DNA of 33,792 nt from an uncultured Clostridia bacterium. Its GTDB lineage: Bacteria > Bacillota > Clostridia > Christensenellales > Aristaeellaceae. The DNA lies in NCBI GenBank assembly GCA_946410395.1, contig CAMKAE010000001.1, positions 1 through 33,792 of the forward strand, written 5' to 3'. Below the pieces are notes generated by a model, which saw nothing but the letters and a program-made list of their open reading frames with translations, ran no database searches and had not been told where the DNA came from. Below, one piece after another: positions 7,901-15,988 of this stretch. How positions within the stretch are numbered: the first letter of the stretch is position 1; each line of letters starts with the position of its first letter. Position numbers and translations under genes: made by a program.

Positions 7901-9604
7901 GCGGATGGCAGCATCTTTGTCGGCGATGAGATCTGGTTCAGGCTGGAGAGCATTGCCGGGGAAACCATGACCCTGACGGATGTCCGCGGAGAGGAGGAGG
8001 TCAGCCTCACGCTGACCCGCTCGGCCGCCGACACCCTGGCGCCGCTCAGCCAGACCGCACCCGCTCCGACGCCGGCGCCGACGCCCGCGCCGGAGGCGGA
8101 ATCACAGGAAAGCGCCGCGGACACGGACGCGCTGGACCCCCTGTACCAGGCTGCGGTCGAGGCGATGGACGCGGGATCGTGGCTGCAGGCCGCAGGCCAG
8201 TTCGAGCAGCTCGCGGGCTACCGGGACGCGGATGATCTGTGGAAGGAGTGCATCTATCAGGCTGCCGCCGCCGCTATGGAGGAGGAAGCCTGGTTCACGG
8301 CGGTGGAGCATTTCCGCAGAATTCCGGGCTATGCGGACACGGACAGCCTGCTGCCCGGCTGCATCTTTGCCGCCGCCGCCGCCAGCGCGGATGCCGGCAA
8401 CACCGCGCAGGCCAGGCTGCTGCTGGCGGAACTGCCCGAGGATTACGAGGGCGCCGCTGCACTCCGGCAGGCCTGCGACTACAAGGATGCCGCCGCGGCT
8501 CTTGACCGCGGGGAGTACAGCGCGGCCGCCGAGACCTTCGAGGGGCTGGGCGATTACGGGGACAGCATCGGCCAGGCGCAGCGAGCTCGTTACGCCCAGG
8601 CCCGGGAGCTGGAGGACGAAGCACGGTACGCGGACGCGGCCGAGCTCTACCGCGCCCTGGGCGCCTATGAGGACAGCGAGACGCGCTGCGGCGCGATGCT
8701 GCTCGCCCGCGCGGGCGAGCTGCTGACCCAGGGCAATTACACCGCCGCGCGGGAAATCTACGCGGCGCTGCCGGAAAGCCCGGAGACGTTGGAGGGCATC
8801 CGGGCCAGCGACTACGCCAAGGCGGAGGCCATGGCGGACGAAGGGCTGAAGGAATCCGCGGCGGAGCTCTTTGCCGCCCTGACGGACTACAGCGACGCGC
8901 AGGAACGCGCGCTGCAGCTCTGGTACGAACTGGCCGAGGAGGCGCAGGCTGCCGGCAATCTGGACAGGGCCTCCGCGCTCTATGCCCGTATTTCCGACTA
9001 CGGGGACAGCATGGACAAGCTCAAGGCCATTGAGGAGGAGGTCTACGGCGGCCCCCTGGAGGAAGCCCGGACCGCGCTGGCCCAGGGGCATGCCCGGGAG
9101 GCGGTGATCCTGCTGGACGCGCTGGCACAGACGGAGGTCCCGGAGCGCTACGCGGAGCTGAAGCAGGTTTACGCCCAGGCCTGCGCAGCCGAGGGAAAGC
9201 GCCTGTACGAGGCCGGTGAGAAGGAGGAGGCCTATCCCTACCTGCAGCGCGCCGCGGGGCTCACGGAGGCAGATGCGCTGCTGAGCCGCGAGACAGCCTG
9301 GCGGATCCTGGGCAGCTGGCAGGACGACGCGCACACCCTTGTATTCCGCAGAGACGGCACCTTCTCCCTGAACGGGGAGGAGCAGACGTATGCGCTGTCG
9401 GGCTATAACATCCGGGTGGACGGCGTGACCTGGTTCAAGCTGGTGCGGACCGCGGGCGATGCGATGACCCTGCGGGACGTCCGGGGTGAAACCGAGCAGA
9501 CGCTGCAGCTGACCCGGACAGCGCCCCTTCCGCCGGAGCCCTTCCCCTGGGCGGCGGAGCAGCCCTCCGCCGAGCCAAATACCGCCTCGACGGAGGCTGA
9601 ATAA
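4937..9604 (+). CDS. Very large membrane-anchored repeat protein. Layout: N-terminal ~145-aa domain, CxC-x10-CxxC zinc ribbon, one TM helix, more than 20 helical repeats of ~37 aa (TPR/Sel1-like), and two beta-rich lipocalin-like modules.
   Basis: 1,555-aa ORF with GGGAGAG RBS. Cys codons at 5384, 5390, 5423 and 5432 (C150, C152, C163, C166). Basic stretch ARKKRRGGG precedes the hydrophobic segment TAVLILLVLALAAGSAVAY (~5600-5657). Recurrent motif [GD][YF]x[DE][SAT]-x7-(C)x[YF]. Confidence 0.8.
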   Translation: MRIDLQCPVEVWRCILPDEPKEPCELILFNLGDKVIVSVEVTMILTDEHGSEISRVVERAHDMNGQPGENFSMLMELPDSMVKAGVTRLEVMVEKAWFEDGIVWRKARGSLIEYTTNALPRGRSLSKLRYIAGPDAIGFPERQGTSLWLCVCGRPNHVNQAKCARCGRSQDEIFRTCSREAVEKAMTGQETRLSQTARSATRLGSGDTRDFIARKKRRGGGTAVLILLVLALAAGSAVAYTRLLRPYLDYRQAVRWKEEGEYGKAETAFRDMIGYKDSGDQLTQTRYLAAEQKKKDGKYAEAAAAFRMLETYRDSTEQAVACDYLYADALLQEGKTGEARSAFEELAALDYGDSADRVRECDYQKAEELRAGSRWEDAALAYEALGDFGDSADKARDCRYRQAGRLLEAGRWEEAYTAYGALGDYLESATLKLEALYRPGVQALTGETPDDAAALEWLTREELDDYKDTKALREQAWYLRGQNLLAGGETEEAGSAFRQAGSYLDAEEQVAECLYRPALEAMERGEWLTAAEHFARLQGYKDADELWKECYYQAAVEKTGEAALSMEAQAWEEAQNAWEEAAELLRKVPGYADADSQTLTCVFNTARACAEQGDYVRTLALIAGLPEDYEGAAELADACVYQSALDAFEREEYGTAAASFESLGDYRDSAAQAQKAHYAEAGACWADGDYASAWELYSALGDFADSQALALRARYAQAQALETAGVYADAAAIYKELGTYENSNVRYEAVMLSRGDELLAQGQYTAAREAFAALENNDEAKERIKACDYAKAEAMAEEGNREAAADLFTSLADYSDAADRASRLWYELAGEAQAAGNLTQAAALYGRIPGYADSDAKLAEIRDDVLEDEIYGVPAQQAQAALDAGDAAGAAALLDSLNYSALPERYAHVRDLYVQACYTEGKRLYDAGDRQAAYPYLQRCAGYADTDSLMAAETAWRMLGTWRDDTRILVFRRDGSFSMGNDEGRWRLADGSIFVGDEIWFRLESIAGETMTLTDVRGEEEVSLTLTRSAADTLAPLSQTAPAPTPAPTPAPEAESQESAADTDALDPLYQAAVEAMDAGSWLQAAGQFEQLAGYRDADDLWKECIYQAAAAAMEEEAWFTAVEHFRRIPGYADTDSLLPGCIFAAAAASADAGNTAQARLLLAELPEDYEGAAALRQACDYKDAAAALDRGEYSAAAETFEGLGDYGDSIGQAQRARYAQARELEDEARYADAAELYRALGAYEDSETRCGAMLLARAGELLTQGNYTAAREIYAALPESPETLEGIRASDYAKAEAMADEGLKESAAELFAALTDYSDAQERALQLWYELAEEAQAAGNLDRASALYARISDYGDSMDKLKAIEEEVYGGPLEEARTALAQGHAREAVILLDALAQTEVPERYAELKQVYAQACAAEGKRLYEAGEKEEAYPYLQRAAGLTEADALLSRETAWRILGSWQDDAHTLVFRRDGTFSLNGEEQTYALSGYNIRVDGVTWFKLVRTAGDAMTLRDVRGETEQTLQLTRTAPLPPEPFPWAAEQPSAEPNTASTEAE
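6476..9604 (+). repeat. Intragenic tandem duplication of a ~500-aa super-module (copy 1 ~6476-8030, PA/PT linker ~8031-8135, copy 2 ~8136-9530)
   Basis: The two protein halves are colinear (e.g. DADELWKECYYQAAV / DADDLWKECIYQAAA, LPEDYEGAAELADACVYQSAL / LPEDYEGAAALRQACDYKDAA, WRMLGTWRDDTRILVFRRDGSFS / WRILGSWQDDAHTLVFRRDGTFS). An identical 20-mer GAGGGAAAGCGCCTGTACGA occurs at 7694-7713 and 9191-9210. Confidence 0.8.
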
Positions 9605-9676
9605 CCAGGATCAGCCATTGCTGACAGATCGTGCACGAAGGCGGGCGGTTTCTTTCTGTTTCGGTCATCCTGCGCC

Positions 9677-9705
9677 TTGCGCTCTCTGCTTTTTCATGAT
9701 AGTAT
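9677..9705 (+). promoter_or_regulatory. Candidate sigma-70-like promoter for rex
   Basis: TTGCGC (9677-9682), 17-nt spacer, TAGTAT (9700-9705). Confidence 0.35.
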
Positions 9706-9742
9706 GGTAAAGAATCAGAGTGATTTGCGGGAGGATGCAGAA

Positions 9743-10369
9743 ATGAACGATTTCTTGCCCGACGTCATTATCCGGCGGCTGCCGTCCTATTACCGGCAGC
9801 TGCAGCGGCTCGAAGCAGCGAACATTGAACAGATCTCCTCCTCGCAGCTGGGGGAGCAGATGCACCAGACGGCCTCGCAGATCCGGCGGGATCTCAACTG
9901 CATCGGCGCGGGGGGCCGGCAGGGCTACGGCTACCGTGTGTCGGGACTGAAGCGCCATATCGGCAAGATGCTGGGCATGGACCGGGAGCACGCCATGGTG
10001 GTCATCAGCAGCAAGGGCATCGGCCAGGCTGTGCTGGAGGACGTCGCCATGATGGGCGGGCCCTTCCGCCTGCTGGCGATTTTTACCGACGCATCCTTGC
10101 AGACAGGCGGGGAAACTCCTGAGGTCCTCGTGCTCCCCGCGGCGCAGCTGGAAGCGTTCCTTGCGGCGCACGATGTGGAGATCGCGGTGATTGCCGTGCC
10201 CTCGGCGGAAGCGCCCGCGGTCTATGACCGGGTGACCGCCTGCGGGATCCGCGCGGTGTGGAATTTCGCGCCGGTGGACCTGGACCACGACAACAGGCGG
10301 GCCACGGTCGTCAATGTACACCTGATGGACAGCCTGCAGGTGCTGTCCTGCAAAATCACACAACGCTGA
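9743..10369 (+). CDS. rex: Rex-family redox-sensing transcriptional repressor (divergent nucleotide-binding loop)
   Basis: Start moved to ATG 9743 with a GGGAGGA RBS. The N-terminal winged-helix signature RRLPSYYRQL...SSSQLGE...ASQIRRDLNCIGAGGRQGYGY matches the Rex pattern (RLPLYYR...IRRD...G..GKKGYGY), followed by a Rossmann-like C-terminal domain. Confidence 0.8.
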   Translation: MNDFLPDVIIRRLPSYYRQLQRLEAANIEQISSSQLGEQMHQTASQIRRDLNCIGAGGRQGYGYRVSGLKRHIGKMLGMDREHAMVVISSKGIGQAVLEDVAMMGGPFRLLAIFTDASLQTGGETPEVLVLPAAQLEAFLAAHDVEIAVIAVPSAEAPAVYDRVTACGIRAVWNFAPVDLDHDNRRATVVNVHLMDSLQVLSCKITQR

Positions 10370-10417
10370 GGGCGGCGGCTGGCAAGCGCGGCTGTCGCCC
10401 CGGCCGGGGAGGCAGTC

Positions 10418-12154
10418 ATGAACAGACGCCGCAGACAGCCGCTGGGCAGGACCCGGCAGCTTCAGGAGCGGGAACAGTACCGTGCCTGGTATGAACAGGA
10501 ATACGAGGAGCGCAGACGCCGCAGGAGCAAGAAGCGCAGTCTGAAGCCCCTCTGGATCGTCATCTCCGTGATCAGCGCGCTGGGGATTGCCTTCAGCGCG
10601 GCGCTTGTGTTGCCGCAGCTGACGGGTGTGCCGCTGCCGGGCGTCGGTCAGCTGGCCTTCGCAGATCGCGCATTGGTGGTGCGGGACCGGGCGGCAGAGG
10701 AACGGCTCGCTGCGCAGAAACGGGAGGCCCTGCAGTATGAGACGCAGCCGGGCGCGGAGACCGTCTCAGCGGAGCCCATCGCACAGCGCGCCGGGGCAGC
10801 CACGGAGGCACCAGCGGCCGAGAGCAGCGTGCTGGTGGCATACAAGGGCCGCTTCGGGCCTGGATGGTTCATCGACGGGGTGGATCTGTCCGGCATGACC
10901 AAGGCGGAGGCGCGCGCGGCGGTGGAGGCCGTGCCGGCCGACGGCGGCGGCACCTTTGCGGTCACCGTCAGCGTGGACGGGGCCGAGCGGAAGATCACCT
11001 CCGACCAGGTTCCGCTGACGCGCAACGTGGACGAGGTGCTGGACGAGGCCTGGCATGAGGCCATGTCGGAGCGCTCCGCCGAGGTGAGCGTCCGGGAGGG
11101 CGAGACGCCCTTCGAGGCGCGGCTGCGCACCAACCGGGAGCTGGAGGCGGCCTTTCTGGCCCGGGGCGAGAATCCCGTGTACTTCCAGACCGAGTACACC
11201 TTTGACCGCGATTCGATCCGGGAGCTGACGGACGCCATTGCGGCGGAGTTCACGATTGCGCCGGAGAACGCGTCTATCGCAGGCTTTGACCCCACGACGA
11301 AGCAGTTCCGGGTGAGCGTCGACCGGGACGGCACGTACCTGGACCCGGAAGCCCTCTACGAAAGCGTGATGGCGCAGCTGGACCGGGGCGACATGTACTG
11401 CACGGTGCAGGCGTCCACGGAGCGCGTCTTCGCAGAGATGTCCTCGGAGGAGCTCTCCGCGCAGCTGGGGAAGATCTCTTCCTACACGACCAAGACCACG
11501 AGCAACCGGAACCGGAACACGAACATCCGCCTGAGCGCGGAGGCCATCAACGGCTTCCGGGTGGAGCCCGGCGCCACCTTCTCCTTCAACCAGGTGGTCG
11601 GACAGCGCACGGAGCGGAAGGGCTACAAGGAAGCCGCGGCCATTGCCGGCGGTCAGACCCGCGACGAGATCGGCGGCGGCGTCTGCCAGACGTCGTCGAC
11701 GCTGTTCAACGCGGTGGCACGGGGCAATTTCCAGATCGTGACCCGCTACTGCCACGCCTGGCCCTCCAACTATGTGGAGAAGGGCTTTGACGCCACGGTC
11801 AACTGGCCCGACAAGGACTTCTGCTGGAAGAACAACACCGGCTACCCGGTCTACATCGTGGCCTGGTACCAGGATCGGACGGTGACGGTGGAGCTCTACG
11901 GCGTGACGTTGGGCCCGGGCGTGCGCATCGACCTGGAGAGCCGCGTGACCAAGACCTACGAGAAGCCCACAGTCATCAAGGAGGAGAACAACCCGGAGCT
12001 GCCGCCGGGCACACGGGTCAAGACCAAGGACGCCCGCAAGGGATACGAGGTGGAGACCTGGCAGGTCTGGTACCAGGACGGCGAGGAGATCAGCCGCGCG
12101 ATCCTCTGCACGTCCGTCTACAAGGTCTACTACGAGACCTGGGAGTATAACTGA
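10418..12154 (+). CDS. VanW-family protein with an N-terminal membrane anchor and a C-terminal G5 domain
   Basis: Basic N-terminus plus TM segment (LWIVISVISALGIAFSAALVL). VanW core FSFNQVVG...GGGVCQTSSTLFNA...HAWPSNYV..GFDATV. C-terminal G5-like segment (ELPPGTRVKTKDARKGYEVETW). GGGGAGG RBS. Confidence 0.85.
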   Translation: MNRRRRQPLGRTRQLQEREQYRAWYEQEYEERRRRRSKKRSLKPLWIVISVISALGIAFSAALVLPQLTGVPLPGVGQLAFADRALVVRDRAAEERLAAQKREALQYETQPGAETVSAEPIAQRAGAATEAPAAESSVLVAYKGRFGPGWFIDGVDLSGMTKAEARAAVEAVPADGGGTFAVTVSVDGAERKITSDQVPLTRNVDEVLDEAWHEAMSERSAEVSVREGETPFEARLRTNRELEAAFLARGENPVYFQTEYTFDRDSIRELTDAIAAEFTIAPENASIAGFDPTTKQFRVSVDRDGTYLDPEALYESVMAQLDRGDMYCTVQASTERVFAEMSSEELSAQLGKISSYTTKTTSNRNRNTNIRLSAEAINGFRVEPGATFSFNQVVGQRTERKGYKEAAAIAGGQTRDEIGGGVCQTSSTLFNAVARGNFQIVTRYCHAWPSNYVEKGFDATVNWPDKDFCWKNNTGYPVYIVAWYQDRTVTVELYGVTLGPGVRIDLESRVTKTYEKPTVIKEENNPELPPGTRVKTKDARKGYEVETWQVWYQDGEEISRAILCTSVYKVYYETWEYN

Positions 12155-12202
12155 GCGCAGCAAAAAAGCCGAACCCGAACGGGAACGGCTTTTTTGCTGC
12201 GC
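12155..12202. terminator. Bidirectional intrinsic terminator between the convergent VanW and ABC-permease genes
   Basis: Perfect 17-bp stem GCGCAGCAAAAAAGCCG (12155-12171) / CGGCTTTTTTGCTGCGC (12186-12202). The A6/T6 tracts lie inside the arms. Confidence 0.85.
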
Positions 12203-13213
12203 TTATCGCTCTTCGCGGAAATAGGGGAGGCCCAGATGCTCCGGCGGCTGGTTCTCCCGCTTGTTGCGCAGGCTGGTGAGGATCAGCACGACCAGCGTCA
12301 CCACATAGGGCGCCATCTTGTAAATTTCCTTCACCGCCAGGTTGGTGCCGGTGGGGATGTACATGTGGAGAATGTACAGCCCGCCGAAGAGGAAGGAGGC
12401 CGGGATGCCCAGGCCGGGGCGCCAGATGGCGAAGATCACCAGCGCGATGGCCAGCCAGCCGCGGTCGCCGAAGGCGTTGTTGGACCAGCTGCCGCTGGCG
12501 TAGTCCAGCACGTAGTACATGCCGCCCAGGCCGGCGATCATGCTGCCGATGCAGGTGGCAAAGTACTTGTAGCGGGTCACGCTGATGCCCGCGGCGTCGG
12601 CCGTGGCGGGGTTTTCACCCACGGAGCGCAGGTGCAGGCCCGCGCGGGTCCGCTTCAGTACCCAGGAGGCCACGATGGCGACGAAGATCGCCAGGTAGAC
12701 CATGAAGCCGTAGGAGAAGAACAGCTCGCCAAACCAGCCCAGATCCTTGGCAAAGGGCAGCGGCGCGTGGAAATACTTGCTGATCTCTGCCAGGGAGATG
12801 GAGGGCAGATCGCTGCCGGACAGCTTGATCAGGGAGCCGCCGAAGAAGTTGCCGATGCCCACGCCGAAGGTGGTCATGGCCAGGCCCGTGACGTTCTGGT
12901 TGGCGCGCAGGGTCACGGTCAGAAAGCAGTAGAGCAGTCCCATCAGCAGGGAGCCCGCCAGGCAGGAGAGGAAGGGGATGAGCACGGCCAGCGCGGGGCT
13001 CATGACCCCGCCCGTTTCCACAATGTGCTGGTTGTAGAAGAAGCCGCCGATGACGCTGCTGATGGCGCCCGCGTACATGATGCCGGGAATGCCCAGGTTC
13101 AGGTTGCCGGACTTTTCCGTGAGGATCTCGCCGACGGATCCATAGAGCAGCGGGGTGCCCTGCACCACGGCGCGGGGGATGAAGGCCAGCAGAAAATCGA
13201 AGAACGGATTCAC
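12203..13213 (-). CDS. ABC transporter permease (BMP/nucleoside-type, second permease)
   Basis: 336-aa polytopic hydrophobic ORF with a GTG start and AGGAGGTGG about 8 nt upstream. It is the last gene of the SBP-ATPase-permease-permease operon. Confidence 0.85.
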   Translation of the reverse strand: MNPFFDFLLAFIPRAVVQGTPLLYGSVGEILTEKSGNLNLGIPGIMYAGAISSVIGGFFYNQHIVETGGVMSPALAVLIPFLSCLAGSLLMGLLYCFLTVTLRANQNVTGLAMTTFGVGIGNFFGGSLIKLSGSDLPSISLAEISKYFHAPLPFAKDLGWFGELFFSYGFMVYLAIFVAIVASWVLKRTRAGLHLRSVGENPATADAAGISVTRYKYFATCIGSMIAGLGGMYYVLDYASGSWSNNAFGDRGWLAIALVIFAIWRPGLGIPASFLFGGLYILHMYIPTGTNLAVKEIYKMAPYVVTLVVLILTSLRNKRENQPPEHLGLPYFREER

Positions 13214-13214
13214 T

Positions 13215-14432
13215 TCAGACCACCTCCTGTCCGGATTCCGCGGAGGAGCGCGTATGGACCCTGTAGCGGATGAAGAACTCGCTGCCGATGATGAAGAAGA
13301 TGATGATGCCGGTGAGAATGTCCGAGTAGGAGGCGTTGAGGCCGAAATTGGTGGCCAGATCGCTGGCGCCGTTGGAGAGGAAGGAGAGCAGGAAGCTCAT
13401 GAACACCATCACGAAGGGGTTGAAGCCGGCCAGCCAGGAGACCATGACGGCCGTGAAGCCGCGCCCGCCCACCAGCGTGGGGTTGAGGGTGTGGTCGTTG
13501 CCGGCGGTCAGCAGCATGCCGGCCAGGCCGCACAGCGCGCCGGAGAGCATCATGGTGCGGATCGTGATCCAGCGGACCTTGACGCCCAGGTAGCGGGCGG
13601 TGTTTTCGCTCCGGCCCACCACCGACAGCTCAAAGCCGTGCTTGGAACGGCTCAGGTAGAAGAACAGGATGACGCACACCACGGCCACGATCACGATGTT
13701 CAGCAGGTAGTTGTTTCCCTTGAAGGAGGGCGCGACCCCGGGGAAGATCTCCGAGATGGAGGGCAGCCAGCCGAAGTGCTTGAACTCGCCGGACTGGTTG
13801 ATGACGCCGATCTGGCCGGAGCCCTTGGGGTTCTCCCAGACCACGCAGAAGAAGGCGACCAGCTGGGTGGCGATGTAATTCATCATCAGGGTGAAGAGGG
13901 TCTCGTTGGTGCGGGTGGTGGCCTTGAAGACGGCCGGGATCACGGCCCAGATCATGCCGGCCAGGATGCTGGCCAGAAAGATGACGAGAATGGTCAGCCA
14001 GTCGGGCATGCCGCTGCCCCGCAGCAGGATCATGCAGGTGGCGGAGGCCAGACAGCCCATCAGGGCCTGGCCCTCTGCGCCGATGTTCCAGAAGCGCATC
14101 CGGAAGGCCGGCGTGACGGCCAGGGAAAGGAGCAGCAGGATGGCTGTGGAGTGCATGGTTTTCCAGACGACGCGGTCGCTCTTGAAGGAGGCGTTGAACA
14201 CCACCTGGGCGATCCTGCCGATGGCGTTGCACAGGTCGCGCAGGAAGGCGACGAAGCGCTCGGGCAGCGTCATGCCGGCGGTGGCCGAGCCTCCTTCCCA
14301 GGTCACCATGGCGCAGAGGAGGCCGCAGACGGCCAGCGCGGCCGCAAAGGCCAGCACGCGGATCAGCAGCGCCTTGTACCACTTGATTGCCCCGCGCTGG
14401 GTGATGTGCAGCAGAGGCTGGTGCTTGCTCAA
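13215..14432 (-). CDS. ABC transporter permease (BMP/nucleoside-type, first permease)
   Basis: 405-aa polytopic ORF. Its TTG start overlaps the ATPase stop (TTGA), with GGGAGGTG 8 nt upstream. Confidence 0.85.
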   Translation of the reverse strand: MSKHQPLLHITQRGAIKWYKALLIRVLAFAAALAVCGLLCAMVTWEGGSATAGMTLPERFVAFLRDLCNAIGRIAQVVFNASFKSDRVVWKTMHSTAILLLLSLAVTPAFRMRFWNIGAEGQALMGCLASATCMILLRGSGMPDWLTILVIFLASILAGMIWAVIPAVFKATTRTNETLFTLMMNYIATQLVAFFCVVWENPKGSGQIGVINQSGEFKHFGWLPSISEIFPGVAPSFKGNNYLLNIVIVAVVCVILFFYLSRSKHGFELSVVGRSENTARYLGVKVRWITIRTMMLSGALCGLAGMLLTAGNDHTLNPTLVGGRGFTAVMVSWLAGFNPFVMVFMSFLLSFLSNGASDLATNFGLNASYSDILTGIIIFFIIGSEFFIRYRVHTRSSAESGQEVV

Positions 14433-15964
14433 ATCCGCTCACCTCCCACATGGGTCATCATCAGACCCAGTTCCTTCTTTTTCGCTTTCGTGCCCTTCAC
14501 GATGCCGCTGACCTCGCCGCCGCACAGCACGAGGATGCGGTCGGCCAGCTGGATCAGCACGTCCAGGTCCTCGCCCACATAGATCACCGCGACGCCGCTC
14601 TCCTTCTGCCGGTTCAGCAGGTCGTAGATGACGTAGGAGGAGTTGATGTCCAGCCCGCGGACCGCGTAGGCGGTCAGCAGCACGGTGGGCGCGGAGGTGA
14701 TTTCTCGCCCCACGAGCACCTTCTGGACATTGCCGCCGGAGAGCTGCTGCACCTGGGTGCGCAGGCTGGGGGTGGCGACCTGCAGGTCGTCCACGACGTG
14801 CTTAGCGATATCCCGGGGCTGCCTGCGGCGCGTGAAGGCGGTGTGGCCGCTGCGGTATGTCCGCAGCATCATGTTGTCCGTAACGCTCATGCTGCCCACC
14901 AGGCCCATGCCCAGGCGGTCCTCCGGCACGAAGGACAGGCCGACGCCGAGACGTGAAATCTCCAGCGGCGATTTGCCGATGAGCTCCTCCCGCGCGCCGC
15001 TTGGGCTGCAGTAGGTGATGCTGCCGCTCTCCACGCGCTGCAGGCCGGCGATGGCCTCCAGCAGCTCCTTCTGGCCGGAGCCGGCAATGCCCGCGATGCC
15101 CAGGATCTCCCCGGAATTGGCGGTGAAGCTCACGTCGTTGAGCTTCAGCACGCCCTCGGCGCTGCGGACGCTCAGATGGCTGACCTCGATCCGGGGTTCC
15201 GGATTCTTCGGCTTCTTGCGCTCGATGTCCAGCTTGACGCTGTGGCCCACCATGCGGGTGGTCATGTCGCTCACGCTGGTCTGGCTGGTGCGCGTTTCGC
15301 CCACATAGGAGCCCTTGCGCAGCACGGCAACCCGGTCGGAGATGGCCAGCACCTCGTGCATCTTGTGGGTGATGATGACAATGGCCTTGCCGTCGCAGCG
15401 CATGGCGTGGAGCACGTTGAAGAGCTTCTGGGCTTCCTGGGGGGTCAGCACGGCGGTGGGCTCGTCCAGGATCAGAATGTCGGCACCCCGGTAGAGCACC
15501 TTGACGATTTCCACGGTCTGCTTTTCGGAGACGGACATCTCATAGACCTTTTGATTCGGATCCACATCGAAGCCATACTGGGCGCAGATCTCCCGGATGC
15601 GGCGGGCGGTCTCCTTCAGGTCCAGCTTTCCGGGCATGCCCAGGGCTACGTTTTCGGCCGCGGTGAACACGTCCACCAGCTTGAAGTGCTGATGGATCAT
15701 GCCGATGCCCAGCTGCATGGCGGTATGGGGCGAGTCGATGACCACTGGCCGGCCGTCGATGGCGATGGTGCCCTCGTCCGGGAAGTAGATGCCGGAGAGC
15801 ATGTTCATCAGCGTGGTCTTGCCGCTGCCGTTTTCGCCCAGCAGCGCGAGAATTTCCCCGCGGTAGACGTCCAGGTCGACGTGGTCGTTGGCCTTCACCG
15901 GGCCGAAGGTTTTGGTGATGCCGCGAAGTGATACGGCAGGGATGGTCTCGCTCAAGCCTGTCAC
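14429..15964 (-). CDS. ABC transporter ATP-binding protein with duplicated ATPase domains
   Basis: Walker A motifs GENGSGKTT and GIAGSGQKE, plus signature LSGGNVQK. The 511-aa length is typical of the sugar/nucleoside double-ATPase class. The start is uncertain: GTG 15964 abuts GAAAGG, and TTG 15955 is an alternative. Confidence 0.9.
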   Translation of the reverse strand: MTGLSETIPAVSLRGITKTFGPVKANDHVDLDVYRGEILALLGENGSGKTTLMNMLSGIYFPDEGTIAIDGRPVVIDSPHTAMQLGIGMIHQHFKLVDVFTAAENVALGMPGKLDLKETARRIREICAQYGFDVDPNQKVYEMSVSEKQTVEIVKVLYRGADILILDEPTAVLTPQEAQKLFNVLHAMRCDGKAIVIITHKMHEVLAISDRVAVLRKGSYVGETRTSQTSVSDMTTRMVGHSVKLDIERKKPKNPEPRIEVSHLSVRSAEGVLKLNDVSFTANSGEILGIAGIAGSGQKELLEAIAGLQRVESGSITYCSPSGAREELIGKSPLEISRLGVGLSFVPEDRLGMGLVGSMSVTDNMMLRTYRSGHTAFTRRRQPRDIAKHVVDDLQVATPSLRTQVQQLSGGNVQKVLVGREITSAPTVLLTAYAVRGLDINSSYVIYDLLNRQKESGVAVIYVGEDLDVLIQLADRILVLCGGEVSGIVKGTKAKKKELGLMMTHVGGERI

Positions 15965-15988
15965 CCTTTCAGCAGGTCTGTTCGGGAT

